DNA of 58,363 bases from an uncultured Gemmataceae bacterium (GCA_963750165.1 CAVVPN010000006.1:1-58363), one strand, 5' to 3'. Positions 32,101 through 44,285 are shown, counted from the stretch's first letter. The notes: a model not told the origin generated them from the sequence alone. Numbers and translations are program-made.

Positions 32101-35100
32101 CGAGTCGTCATACTCGCGGTGGCTCTCGTAGTCGCCGTTGCTCAGGGCCAGCAGACTGAAAGTGGTGGTGGCGTTGTCCTCGCTGATCAGGTTCTGCACC
32201 CCCCTGGGGTGCGCGGACGACCGCAGGGACGTTTGGGTCTGGATGCTGTGGGTGACGCGGTCGTCGGTCAGGGTGAGCTGGCTCTCCCCCTCGGCGTCGA
32301 AGACGACCGAGTCCAACACCCAGCCACCCTGATCGAGGCTGTAGCTGCCGGCCTGGTGCTGGTTGAACTCGTCGTCAGACGACTGCTGGAGCACCTGGGT
32401 CTGGCTGCCGTCCTGCGTGCCGGTGACCAGCGAGGTCGAGAGCGAGGTGTCGGTCATCGAGAAGCCGGACTCGTCGGTCTGGGTCGTGGTCAGCACCGAC
32501 GAGGACAGCGCCGCGTCGCGCCAGTCGAAGGTCATGCTGTCCAGCGCGTACGAGCCGCCGGCGAACGAGCCCGACTGGGACAGCGCGTAGCTGCCGGTGC
32601 TGACCGTCGTGGCCCGGGAGTTGCCGGCCCGGTCGGTCTCGTAATCCTGGAAGCCGTTGTGGCTGAAGCTGCCGGCGGCGCCGCCCGAGTCGGTGTCGGC
32701 CAGCGCGGTGCTGTAGCCGCTGGTGCTGCACTGCTCGCTGCCCTCGTAGTGGATGCACTCCACCGAGGTCAGGGTGGTCGTGGTGGTGCCGACGCGGGTG
32801 GTCGTGTAGACGACGCTGCCGTAGGCGTAGCTGCCGGCGGCGTAGACGCCCTGCTGGGCCTGGCTGGAGTACACGGCGTAGGAGGCGTTCGCGGTCTGGA
32901 GCGTGCTGACGGTGGTGTTGCTGACGGCGGCGCGGCTGCGGCGGTCGTAGTCCAGGGTGCCCTGGGGGGCGGTGAGCGTGGCCAGGGCGGTGTCCTTGCT
33001 GATGCTGCTGAGCGAGATGGTCTGCAGGTAGTTCGTGGAGCAGGCCAGGGCGGTGGTCTGCTCGGAGGCGGTCGTGGCCAGGCTGTCGCTGTAGGCGTTG
33101 ACGCTGGACAGGTCCCAGCCGGCGTTGGTGAGGTAGCCGTCCTCGTAAGCGCGGTTGGTGGACTTGACGTAGCGCGTGGTGTTGTGGTTCTCGACGCCGT
33201 ACTGCGTGGCGACGGACGTCTGGCCGGAGGAGAAGCTGCCGTCGCCGAAGGTGTAGGAGGCGCTGCTCTGGGCCTGGAAGTTGGTGGTCGCGGTGGTGGC
33301 GAGGCTGCTGGTGGTGGCGGCGGTCTCGGTGAACGTGGTCAGGTCGGAGCCGCGCTTGTCGGTGGTCAGGTGGTCGAAGGCGAAGGTGCCGTTCACGACC
33401 GAGCCGTACTGGATGACCGTGCCGGTGCTGGTGCCGGTGCTGGTGAACGTGTCGTTGGTCGCCTGGCTGAAACTGCTGGTGGTGAGCGAGGTGGCGGTGA
33501 ACGTCGCCAGGCCGTAGCCGGCCGGGGAGTCCCCGGTGGTGACCGTCTGCAGGTCCCAGGTTTCGCCGGCGGTGCTGGTGACCAGGGAGTACTGGTTCTG
33601 GGTCAGTGACTCGGTGCTGGTCTCGGTGTTGACCACGCTTGACAGCCCCCAGGTGTCGTTGGTGAACGAGCCCAGCTGGAGGATGGTGTAGCCGTTGACG
33701 AAGCTCTGGTTGGGTACCGAGACGGTGTTGCCGCTCGCCTGCGTGGCCCGCGCGTCGTGGACGACCGTGAAGGAGTCGGCGCCGTTGGCGACCACGCCGG
33801 AGGTGCTCGTCTGCGTGCCCTGCACGGTGAAGGTGTCGGCGGTGGCGTTCGAGGAGGACTGCAGGGCGGTTTGCTGGTACGTGCCGCGGGACACGCCGGT
33901 CTGGGTGTAGACCATGCTGTCGTAGCTGAAACTGCCGTCGAAGTACGCGCCGGTCTGCGTCTGCGTGGTGGTGGTGTTACTGGTCTGGATCAGGGCGTCG
34001 GTGCTGCCGCGGCCCAGGGTGTTGGTCAGGCTGCTGCCGAACGTCACGCCGCCGGTCAGGGTCGTCTCCAGCGCGCCGGTGCCGTAGTAGCCCTGGTAGC
34101 GGACCTCGGTGCTGGTGGCGCCTGAATACTTTTCGAGGTTGAGCGTTTCGGAGGACCCCTGGAACGAGTAGACGCTGCCGAAGGCGTAGCTGTCGTTGGC
34201 GAAGGCGCCCTGCTCGGTGTACAGGTAGCTGCTGGCGCTATTGGTGGTGCTGCTCTGGACCGCCGAGGAAATCTCGGAGTAGGTGCTCAGGCCGGACGCG
34301 CTGAACAGCCCGGTGGCGGCGTAACCGCCCGGCACACCCGTGTCGCTGGCATAGATGGCGTCGATGGAGAAGGTGTCGCCGCCGGTGCCGGTCTGCGTCG
34401 TCGTGCTGGTGGACAGGACCGTGCTGCCGCTGGTGCCCGACTGGTTTTGCGTGACGTTCGCGAAGGCGTAGCTGTCGCCGTTGAAGTCGCCGAGTTGGGT
34501 GAACGTGCTGTAGTCGGTCCCCGTCTCCGTCGAGGTGAACGAGGTGGTAGCCGTGGTGGTCTGCGCGGACCAGCGTGTGAACGACTGCGGCCCCAGCGCG
34601 GGCAGCGTGTTGCTCGGGAAGACGGCGGCGCCGGAGCGCTCGCCGGTGGCGGTCCAGCTGTCGGTGTTGCCGTCGCTGGCCGTGCCCTGCTGCGTTTGCG
34701 TCCAGCTGGTGGTGCCGTAGTCGCCGGAGTTGACGCTGGACAGGTTGTAGCTGTCGCCGTTGAAGACGCCGGCCTCGTAATAGGTCGAGGTCGTGGTGCT
34801 GTAGGCCGTGTAGGCGGACGTGCTGAACAGGCTGTGCGACTCGCCCGACCGCCCCGCGCGCACCACCCGGGCCGGGCCGCCGCCCACGGGCAGCGTCCAG
34901 TAGGTGTAACTGTCGCTGAGGCTGTTGCTGGACGTGCTCGTGTCGGTCTGCTGGAAGGTGCCGTTCTGGTGGCTCACCTGCTGGTTGACCACGCTGGTCA
35001 GGCTGTAGCTGAAGTTACTGAAGATGCCGGCGCCGGTCTGCGTCGCCAGGCTGTCGCCGTTGTTCTGACTGGTGGAGCCGGTGGTGTCGCTGAAGGTGCC

Positions 35101-38100
35101 GTCGGAGGTCTCCTGGACGGTGCCGGTGCTGGGGCCGACGCTGAGGGTGTCGCCGCCGTAGTCCTTGCCGTCGCCGGCCTGGTTGGTCCTCAGCGTGTCG
35201 TAGTGGTACGAGCCGCTGTTGGTCGCGGACTGCGTCTCGGTGGCGGACCAGGTCTGCCGGCTGACGGAGGTGTCGGTGATGCTGTTCAGGCCGTCGCTGC
35301 CCAGGCTGTAACTGCCGGCCTCGTAATGACTGGTGCTGTCACTGAAGTAGAGCGTCTGGGTGGACGATGAACTGCTGGATTGGGTAATGGTCTCCTGCCC
35401 CGACATGCTCTGGATGCTGGCGTCCGCCGCGCCGGAGCCGTTGATACCGGCGCCGGCCACCGAGGTGTTGGAGTTGTAGTAGGTGGTGAGGGTACTGTCG
35501 GCACCGCCCCCGGAGGCGGAGGTGACGGTGCCGTTGGAGGACTCGCTGCTCTGCAGGACGACGCAGCTCAGGCTGAAACTGCCGGCGCCGAACACGCCTT
35601 CCTGGTGCTGGTACACGCTGCCGGAGCCGGAACTGGTCACGGTCTCGGCGGAGTAGTTGTTGTAGCTGCCGGTCGAGGTCTGCACCAGGGAGCCGCCGCC
35701 GAAGGTGCCGCCGGTCGAGGCAATCGTGACGTTACTGCTCCAGGAGAAGTGACCGCTGGTCGATTCCGTGGACGAGTTCTTGCGGCTGAAGGTGCTCGTG
35801 GTCGAACTGGTCTGCGCGAAACTACTCAGGCCGAAGGAGCCGTTCGCGAAGGCCCCGCCCTGGTAGTAGGTCATGGTGCTCGTGGAGTTGACGGTCTCGC
35901 TCGAACTCGTGGTGCGCGTGGTGGAGAAACTGGTCGTGCCGGATTGCGCGAAGGTGCCGAGGTCCCCCTGGACCGGGTTGCCGCTGGCGAGCACGGTCTG
36001 GCCGCCGAGTTGCGACTGAGTGAACCCCTGGGAGCCGCTCTCGGTGGCGGTCGTGGTGTCGGACGAGACGACGGTATCCTTGGAGGTCTGGGTGCCCAGG
36101 CTGGTGACGCTGGTGAAGTGGTAACTGAAGCCCGCGTAGACGCCCTCCTGCCGGGTGCTGAAGCTGGTGGTGCCGGCGCTCGTGGAGTTGTCGGTGCTGG
36201 TCTCGCTGGCGGGGCCGGTGGTGGTGTCGGTGAGGGAGCTGCCGTCCGAGTTGGAGTAATCGACGCCGGCAAAGGACATACCGCCGGCGTCGCTTCCGCT
36301 GTCGGTTTCGGTCATGGTTTCCGTGCCGGATTCCGCCTGCGTCTCGATGCTGGTGGTTGTCCCGAAACTCGTGGCCGCACGGTCAATCGCCACGCTGGAC
36401 AGGTTCCAACTGCCGCCGGAGAACTGGCCCGCGCGGTAGTCGGCCCGGGAAAAGGTGCCGCTGAAGATGGCCGTAAGGCTCTCGTTGTCGGTGTAGCTGT
36501 ACGAGCCGGTGTCCGTGAAGTCGAAGGCCCCCTGCCCGCTGTCGCCGGTGGTGGCGTAGGTGGTCGTGTCGCTGCCCGTTCCAGTGCCGTGGTCGGAGTC
36601 GGTGGCGGTGCCGCTCTGAGTGTCCTGCCCGGTGACGGTCTGGGCCGAGGACCCGCTCTCGCTGGTGCTGAAGACGAAACTGGAGAGTGAGACGCTGGTG
36701 CCACCCTTGCCGCCACCGCTGGCGCTGCCGATCTGCGTCAGGGTGTAATTCAGTTCCCCCGATTCGTTGAGGCTCTCGGAGGAGGTGCCCGTGCCCGTGT
36801 AGGTCGAGGTGGTGCCGTAGGATTCCGTGTTGACGCCGTCCTGGGAACTGGTGCTGCCGAACGCCTGCGTGAAGCTGTCGGTGCCGGTCCCGTTCTCGGT
36901 TGCACTGCCGGTGGCGCTTTCGGTCTCGGTGACCGACTGATCCGTTGAAAACGTGCCCGAGGCCGACAGTCCCAGGCTGAAGTTGGAGAGGTCGTACCGT
37001 TGCCCCGCGTAGGACCCCAGGATGGAGCGGTCGTAGGTGCCGGCGGCGGATTCGGAGCGGTGGCCGGACAGGGATTCGGTGAAGGTGCCGCTCTCACCGT
37101 CCACGGTGCCGTCGGTCAGGGTGCCGTCGATGCCAAAGCTATTGACGCCGGCCAGCGATTCCGTGGCGCTGAACGAACCGGAATCTCCTTCACCGTAGAA
37201 CAGGGACAGGGACTGGTTTCCGGAGCCCTGCCCGGCGTAGGTCAGGCTGCCCAGGCTGAAGGAGCCCCCGGCGTAGCCGCCCTGTTCGGTCAGGGTGAAG
37301 GGGCCGGAGCTATCTTCGTGGTAGGTGAACGTGTCCGACTTGATTTTGAAGGTGAGGGCCTCACCCTGGGATTCGTGGACCTGGTTCTGGGGTGGGCCAA
37401 AGGATTGCAGCCCACTGGCCGTCATTGTGCCGGTCGCGGTGTAGGTCCCCGTCTCGTCCAGCGAGGCGCTGCCCGAGCCCGTCTCGCCGTAGGCCACGCT
37501 GCCGAAGACGAAATCCCCGGAGTAGGAGCCGTCTTCGTGGAGGGTGAAACTGTCCTGCCCCTGCTGGGTGCCGCTGAACGCCCGGACGGTCGTGCTCGCG
37601 TACGCCTCGCTGCCGGTCTCCTCCAGGTCCGCGACGGGCTCACTGCCACTGGCGGTCAGCGTGGCCAGGCCGTCGCTCAGTGTCAGCGCGTAGTTCTCGT
37701 CCCCCGCCTCGTCCACGGTGAAGCTGTCGGCGCTCAGGCTGGACAGGCCCAGGCCGTTGTCGTCCGAAAGTTGCTGGGTCAGGCCGCGCCAGTTGAGCCC
37801 GGCCCAGAAGAAGGGGTCCGCGACCGCCCCGTCCGTGACCACGACCGTCTCGGTGCCGCCCAGCGACTGGACGGTTTCGTCGCTGCCGTCCAGTTCCAGG
37901 TATGTCCAGTCGAGTGTGGCGGTCTGCGTGGCCGAAGCGCTGGTGGGACTGAAGCCTGTGGGCGTGAGTTGTCCCGCGACGCTCAGGCTGAAGGCAACTG
38001 TGCCGGACTCCCAGAAGGCGTAGGAGTCGCCGCCGACGGTGCCGGCCTGGTTCAGGGTGAGGCTGTAGTCCCCGCCGGTGGTCAGCGCGAAACTGCCGGT

Positions 38101-38358
38101 CACGTCGCTGGTGCCGGACTGGGAGTCGAACAGCGGTTGCAGCTCGGCCGCCACGGGCTGGAACAGCCGGTATCCGAAGTAGCCTCCGGAGATACCGCTG
38201 TTGACCTCCAGGCGCTGCGGCAGCCAGACGTTGAGGCTCAGCAGTTCGCGGCGCTCCAGCAGTTCGAGGTTCGGGCGGAGCTGCGGGGGCTTCCCGGAGC
38301 GGGATTTCTTCCGCCGGAAACGTCCTGTCAGTCGGGCAAACCAAGAGGCCGGTTCCAT
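29140..38358 (-). CDS. Giant polymorphic toxin: LExRxLL export motif, Ser/Thr-rich stalk, neck, Hint (29611-30024, allele A), ART-like tip (29140-29610); two indels
   Basis: AGGAG plus ATG at 38358; LRPNLELLERRELLS; one C fewer near 30958 and one extra near 30220 versus sibling copies; tip YRGD...SPFISLT...DNEYLI. Confidence 0.88.
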
Positions 38359-38435
38359 GCCGCACTCCTGTAAGGCGCTGGGCTCGTCTCCTCCGCCCGA
38401 CGGTCGGTCTGGACGGGCGAAAGAAGGGAGGTTGG

Positions 38436-38463
38436 ATTTTTCCAGCTTTATTCCGGATGTCAA
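38436..38463 (-). promoter_or_regulatory. Candidate sigma70-type promoter for the toxin gene
   Basis: TTGACA-N16-AAAAAT with TG extension, in an AT-rich patch about 80 nt before the ATG. Confidence 0.5.
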
Positions 38464-38844
38464 GAATATTTTGATTAAGAAAGCATTAGATAGTGCGAGT
38501 GTGCGCATAAAGGGGGCTTCTGCGGCGAGTTAGGGCGGCACGGGCTGCGTGTGAAAAAACGCGGTAGCCGTCCGGGTGCCGAACAGAGAGGCAATGGCCC
38601 CGCCCGAAGTGGACAAGGAAGATGCCGCCTTTGCGGTCTGTCAATACACAGTAGCAAAGGTTGCGACCGCGACCGCATCATGCCCGACTGACGGGCAGTG
38701 TCGGGAAACGTGGGACTAGCTGGGCACGATCTTGCACTCCCGCGCCTGCATTCCGTGCGCACGGCCAATTCTCGATGAGGTTTGATCACTGGCCTCAACT
38801 TGCCCCGGCAACCCATAAGGGCCTCCGCGCTCAGAGGAGCCGCT

Positions 38845-41800
38845 ATGCCGCTGAAATACCTGTTTGGCCCGGTCACCGCCGCCTTCGCCGACCAGAACCT
38901 GCGCGCACAGCGCGACCGGGGTGACTGTCTGGCGTTCAACTCCGACGGCGACACCGACCTGACCGTCCGCTTCACCGACACGTGGGAAGATGTCCGCGGC
39001 CGCCTGCCCGACGGCTGGCAGCCAGACTTTTTGGCCCTGTACCTGCCGTACACCACTGTCGCCCCCTGCCTGTGGTCGGCCCCGCTGCCGCGGGTCGGGC
39101 TGGCCCTCGACTGGCACCTGCTCTGGCACACCTACCGCAAGTCTCTGCCCGGCTGCGACGTGGTGCTGACCGACACGCGGGGCGCCGAGTTGATGGCCCG
39201 GGAGGGCATCGCCCAGGCCCGCGCTGCCAACCTCTGCGGCTGCGAGCGCGCCTTCCTGGAGGAGACGTGGGGGGACGGACAGCGGGACATCGATGTCCTG
39301 TTCGTGGGCAACCTCAACCCGACCGTCCAGCGCGAGCGTATGCCCTGGCTCGGCCGCCTCGCCCGGCTTGGTCGCCGCCGCGTGCTCATCCAGACCGGCG
39401 TCTTCGGCGAGAGCTACCGCCGCATGCTGGCCCGGGCCAAGATCGTCTTCCAGTTCAGCGGCCGCGGCAAGTGCGGGCGGCGTTCCTTCGAGGCGGCGCT
39501 CGCCGGGGCGCTGGTCTTCCAGGAGGCCGGGAACCGGGAACTGCCGGCTTACTTCCGCGACCGCCAGGAGTGCGTGTACTACCGCCCTGACGACCTGGAG
39601 GAACTGCTTGAGCACTACCTGGATGACGAGGCCAAGCGCCGGGCCATCACGGAGGCGGCGCGTGTCAAGGCACGGCAGTTCGGCTTCGAGCAACTCTGGG
39701 ACGAGTCGGTCCGGGAGGTCGAGGCCGACTGGCAGGCGCTGCGCTACCGCACCGGGCGCTCGGGGCTGCCGGACCCCGTGGAGGACTTGTGGGTGCGGTG
39801 CTTCCAGACCCAGGCGAGCAGCCGGCACGAAGACCTGACCCTGATCCGCGACCTGGAGCGGGCGCTGAAGGACCACCCGCAGGCCGCATTGTTCCACAAC
39901 GCCATCGGCTGCCTGCTGGGTCGCCAGGCGCAGCGGGGCGACCCCGGCACCCAGGCCGCCGCCGAGGTGGCCGTGGACTGCTTCCGCCGGGCGCTCGCCG
40001 CCCAACCCGAGTTCGCGCTCGCCTGCCTGAACCTCGCCGAGGCTCTGTGGGCGGCCGGGCAGAAGACGTTCGCCCTGGAGGCGGCCCGCCGCGCCCTGGA
40101 CGGGCTGAACCGCGGGCAGGAGCTAGAGCCCGCCTCCGCGGACGGGCTGACCCTGGTGGCCGGCTTCGACCTGTTCCGGGTCGAGTGGGAGCGGGCGGGC
40201 TGGGAACACGCCGGCGACCCCGCGGCCGAGGCCCAGGCGAAGCGCCGGCTGCTGCTCTGGAGGTTGCACGGGCTGCTGGGGGCCTGGACGGGGGAGGCGG
40301 CGCACCACTACGAGGCTGCCCTGTTCCGCCCCGACCTGCCGGCGCTGCGGCAGGCCCTGGCCGATACCCACTTGCGCCGGCCGGGCGGGCTACGCTCGGT
40401 CCCACGCGCAGTAGGCGCTGGCCGCCAACCCTTTCGACCGGGACGCCGCCCGCACCTACTTCCAGGTGCTCGGGGCGCTCGGGGATGTGCAGGGTCAACG
40501 CGGCCTGGTGGAGGAGCGGCAAGTCCTGTCCCGGGCCGCCCCCCAGCTGGTGCCCGCAGAGCCCTGGTTCACGCCGCCGCGCCCCAAGGGCAACGAACTG
40601 GCGTCCATCCTCATCCTGTGCTGCAACCAACTCCGCTACACGCGGCTCTGCCTGGAGAGCCTGCTGCGGCATACGCGGCCGCCTTACGAGTTGGTGATCG
40701 TGGACAACGCCTCAACCGACGGCACCGGGGAATACCTGGAAGCGCTTCGCCGTCGGCGCGGCCCCGCGCACGTCGAGGTCATCCGCAACGCGACCAACCG
40801 CGGCTTCGCCGCCGGCTGCAACCAGGCCCTGGAACGCGCCCGCGGCCGCTACCTGGTGTTCCTGAACAACGACACGGTGCTGACCCCGGGCTGGCTGGAC
40901 GGCCTGGTGAAGTGGTCGCTGCACGACTGGCCGAATGTCGGCATGGTCGGCCCCGTGACCAACGGGGCGCCCGCCCCGCAGGGCATCCGGGTCCCGTACC
41001 AGCTGCCCGCGTGGGACGGGGAGGGCCAGTCCCTACCGGACCTGTCGGTGCTGGACGCCTTCGCGGCCCGCCGGCGCCGGGACTGCGCCGGGCAACACCT
41101 GCTGCTGCGGCGGCTGACCGGCTTCTGTTTGCTGGCCCGGCGGGAGGTGTTTGAGCGCATCGGCCCGCTCGACGAGCGCTTCGGCATTGGCTTCTTCGAG
41201 GACGACGATCTGGGCATCCGCACCCGGGAGGCGGGGTTCCGCCTGCTGATGGCCCAGGACGTGTACGTCCACCACTTCGGCAACAGCACCTTCAAGGCCC
41301 TGGGCATCGACACGCGGCAGAAACTGGCGGAAAACTTCGCCCTCTTCAAGGGCAAGTGGGGCATGGAGCACGCGGCCGGCTACCACCTGCCGCCCGAGCC
41401 CGCCGCGGACGAGGCACGGCAGCCGGAGGAACAACCACAGGCGAGCGCGGCCGCGGACGAACGTGCGGAGGCTCCTCCCCCGCCCGTGCCGTTCCTGGAG
41501 CCAGCGGAGGGGCGGCCGCACACCTCGCTGTGCATGATCGTCAAGAACGAGGAGAAGAACCTGCCAGACTGCCTCCGCTCCGTCGAGGGGCTGTTCGGGG
41601 AGATCGTCATCGCCGACACCGGCTCCGCGGACAACACCCGGGACGTGGCCCGGCGCTTCGGCGCCCGCGTGGTGGAGTTCCCCTGGTGCGACAGCTTCGG
41701 CGCCGCCCGCAACGCCAGCCTGGGGGCCGCCACGGGTAAGTGGGTCATGTGGCTCGACGCCGACGACCGCCTGGACGAGGAGAACCGGCGGCGGCTCCGG

Positions 41801-42973
41801 GACGTGCTCACCGGGCTGGGAGACGAGTTGGACGCCTATGCCATGAAGGTGCGCTCCGTGCTGGACCCTGGCCGCACCGCCTTCCGCCTGTTGGACCAGG
41901 TGCGCCTCTTCCGCAACCTGCCGCAGATCCGGTGGGACTACCGGATCCACGAGCAGATCCTGCCGGCGGTGAACCGCCTGGGCGGCGGGGTGCGGTGGGC
42001 GGACGTGGTCATCGACCACGTCGGCTACCAGGACCCCGCGTTGCGACAGGGGAAGCTCGACCGGAACCTGCGGCTGTTGGAGATGGAGGCGGCCGAGAAG
42101 CCCGACGACTCCTTCGCGCTGTTCAACCTGGGCTGGACGCTGATGGACCTGGGGCGGCACCGGGAGGCGCTGCCGCGGCTGCAGCGCAGCCTGGAGCGGG
42201 TGACGCCGCAGTCGTCCATCGTCCGCAAGCTGTATCACCTACTGTCCCTGACGCACCGCCTGCTGGGTGAATCCGAGGAGGCCCTGAAGGTCTGCCGCCA
42301 GGGCCTGGGGCGCTTCCCCGACGACGGGGAGTTGCTGCTGGAGGAGGGGCTGTTCTTGCGCGACCGGGGGGACTGGCTCGGGGCCGAGCAAAGCTGGCTG
42401 CGGTTGTTGTACTCGCGCAAGGGGAATTACTTCGCCAGCGAGGAGGTCGGCCTGCGCGGCTACAAGACCCGGCAGCTCCTGGCCGAGGTGTACCTGCAGC
42501 AGGACCGTCTGGTCGAGGCGGAAGCGCAGCTGCGGGCGGCTCTGGCGGAGCGGCCGGATTTCGAGCCGTCGTGGATGGCCCTGGGGGAAGTCCTGCTGCG
42601 CAGCGCGCGCTGGGCGGAGTTGGAAGAACTCACGCAGCGGCTGGAGAAGAAGGGGGCGCCGTCGCCCAGGCTGGGTTGGCTCAAGGCCCGCGGCCAGGTG
42701 CAGCGCGGCGACTTCGCGGCGGCTCGCCAGACGTTAGAGGCGGCCATCGCCCGGGACGGCAAGGCGTTCGGCCTGCGCGTCCTGCTGAGCCACGCGCTGA
42801 TTCAGGAAGGCCGCGACTGGGAGGCGGCAGAGCGAGCGCTGCGGTCGGTGCTGGCGCTGGACCCAGCCCATGCCGAAACCCGGCACAACCTCGCGGTGTT
42901 GCTGAGACGGCTCGGCAGGTCCGTCGAGCAGGCACCTGCGCTTGTTGGTGACCCCGGCAGTGAGCGAGGATGA
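38845..42973 (+). CDS. Multi-domain glycosyltransferase (GT-B/CgeB-like, TPR, GT2, GT2, TPR); frame broken at about 40365-40415
   Basis: GAGGAG plus ATG; DIDVLFVG...RSFEAALAG; IVDNASTDGT...FLNNDT...FEDDD; SLCMIVKNEE...DTGS...WLDADD...IHE; TPR-like helices. Confidence 0.88.
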
Positions 42974-43267
42974 CCGAATCAGGCAACTACGCCGACCAAG
43001 CGTTCGACTGTGCCATTACCGGCACGGAGCATTGGTGAGCACCTCTTGGAAGCCACACGTACTAAACCGTGGCGAAGTGACGAGGCACTGGCCAACCTTT
43101 TGGCTCCCAACGGCTTCCGCCTCGCCACGGTTACCACGCCAATGACGGGATGGCGAGGCTGCCCTGCCTCGCCACGCTGACGCTGCCCCGCCACGTGCGC
43201 CAACCCCTGGCGAGACAAAAGCTGTTGCTGTTCCATCACTTAACGCGCCTCGCCATCCTCGCCAATC

Positions 43268-43480
43268 TCAGGTCTCGCGGAGTTGCCAGTACCCCCGCTT
43301 GTCCCCCGGTTTGGTGACGGTGGGGCCGCAAACGCCCGGCTGGTTGCGGTAGCCGTGAGCGGCCCGCTCCAGGGTCCGGGCGGCGATGCCCGCCTTCCTG
43401 GCGGCGGCCACACAATCCTCCTTCAACTGCATGCCTTCCTGCAAGAATGTGGTCAGGAACTCCCTGGCCCGCTCCTGCTG
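43268..43480 (-). pseudogene. C-terminal winged-helix-like remnant resembling mobile-element AAA/helicase tails
   Basis: AREFLTTFLQEG...AARKAGIAARTLERA...GYWQL; no plausible own start; abuts truncated cas8c. Confidence 0.45.
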
Positions 43481-44274
43481 CAGCGCGGGCCATCGTTCGC
43501 GACTACCTGGAAGCCAAACTGCCGGCGGTGCAAGCCAACCTCGGCGCATGGTTCCGTGACCTGACCATCGCCGTCGCCACCCGAGACGGCGCCGGCCACC
43601 CTACCAACTTGTTCCCGTTACGGAAACTCGCGCTGGCCACGGCGCGGGAGTGGGACCACCAGGTCGCTCCGGACCTGCCCGCGCGACTCGCGCGCACGGC
43701 CCTCATGAGTGAGCCCATCCCGGATTCCGTGCTCGCCGCGTGCCTCGGGCGGCTGCGTGTCGAGGGCAGCACGGGTTTCCGTCCAGAACGCCTGGCCCTG
43801 GTCAAACTGATCTTACAACGGAGGGATGTCCCGGTGACCGCAACCTTGAATGAGGCAGAAGCGCACCCGGCTTACGTGTGCGGCCAACTGCTGTCCGTGT
43901 TCGAGCAGATCCAGTACGCCGCCCTGGGCGACGTGAACGCCACCGTGACCGACAAATACTTCGGCACGTTCAGCGCAGCGCCGGCGGTCGTCCTGGGGCG
44001 ACTGTACGCCAACGCACAACATCATCTGCGAAAGCTCCGCGGCGAGAAGCCGGGCGCGTTCGTCGCCCTGGAAAAGTTGCTCACGGAAGTATCGAAGAAA
44101 TTGCCGGCTTCCGAAGTGCGGCAAAAGCAACTGTCGCTGCGGGAGCAGGGCCTGTTCGCCCTCGGCTACTACCACCAGAAAGCCCAACGGTTCGCCGACA
44201 TCGCCGAACGCCAGGCCACCAGGGCCGCGACCCTGGCTGAGCAAAAATCTCTTCCGACATCCTCCAACACTTGA
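43480..44274 (+). pseudogene. cas8c: 5'-truncated cas8c (csd1)
   Basis: AARAIVRDY, PAYVCGQLLSVFEQIQ, NATVTDKYFG, EQGLFALGYYHQ; N-terminal portion missing. Confidence 0.88.
43834..44274 (+). CDS. cas11c: Cas11c small subunit from an internal start within cas8c (146 aa)
   Basis: GGAGG at 43820-43824, in-frame GTG at 43834 just before LNEAEAHPAYVCGQL. Confidence 0.65.
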   Translation: MTATLNEAEAHPAYVCGQLLSVFEQIQYAALGDVNATVTDKYFGTFSAAPAVVLGRLYANAQHHLRKLRGEKPGAFVALEKLLTEVSKKLPASEVRQKQLSLREQGLFALGYYHQKAQRFADIAERQATRAATLAEQKSLPTSSNT

Positions 44275-44285
44275 AAGGCTTTGCC

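Noticed and set aside
8395..32960. Repeated necks as a pure assembly artefact
   Set aside because: Copies have different lengths, private substitutions and indels, and unique tip/immunity pairs; only fine-scale chimerism remains possible
12230..33609. Long plus-strand ORFs (e.g. 18583-22650, 25950-28439, 31087-33609)
   Set aside because: Antisense shadows of GC-rich toxin coding sequence; Arg/Pro/Ala-rich with no motifs
38359..38508. Longer toxin N-terminus given in the ORF track
   Set aside because: ATG 38358 has an AGGAG RBS and places the LExRxLL motif near the N-terminus; the extension overlaps the candidate promoter
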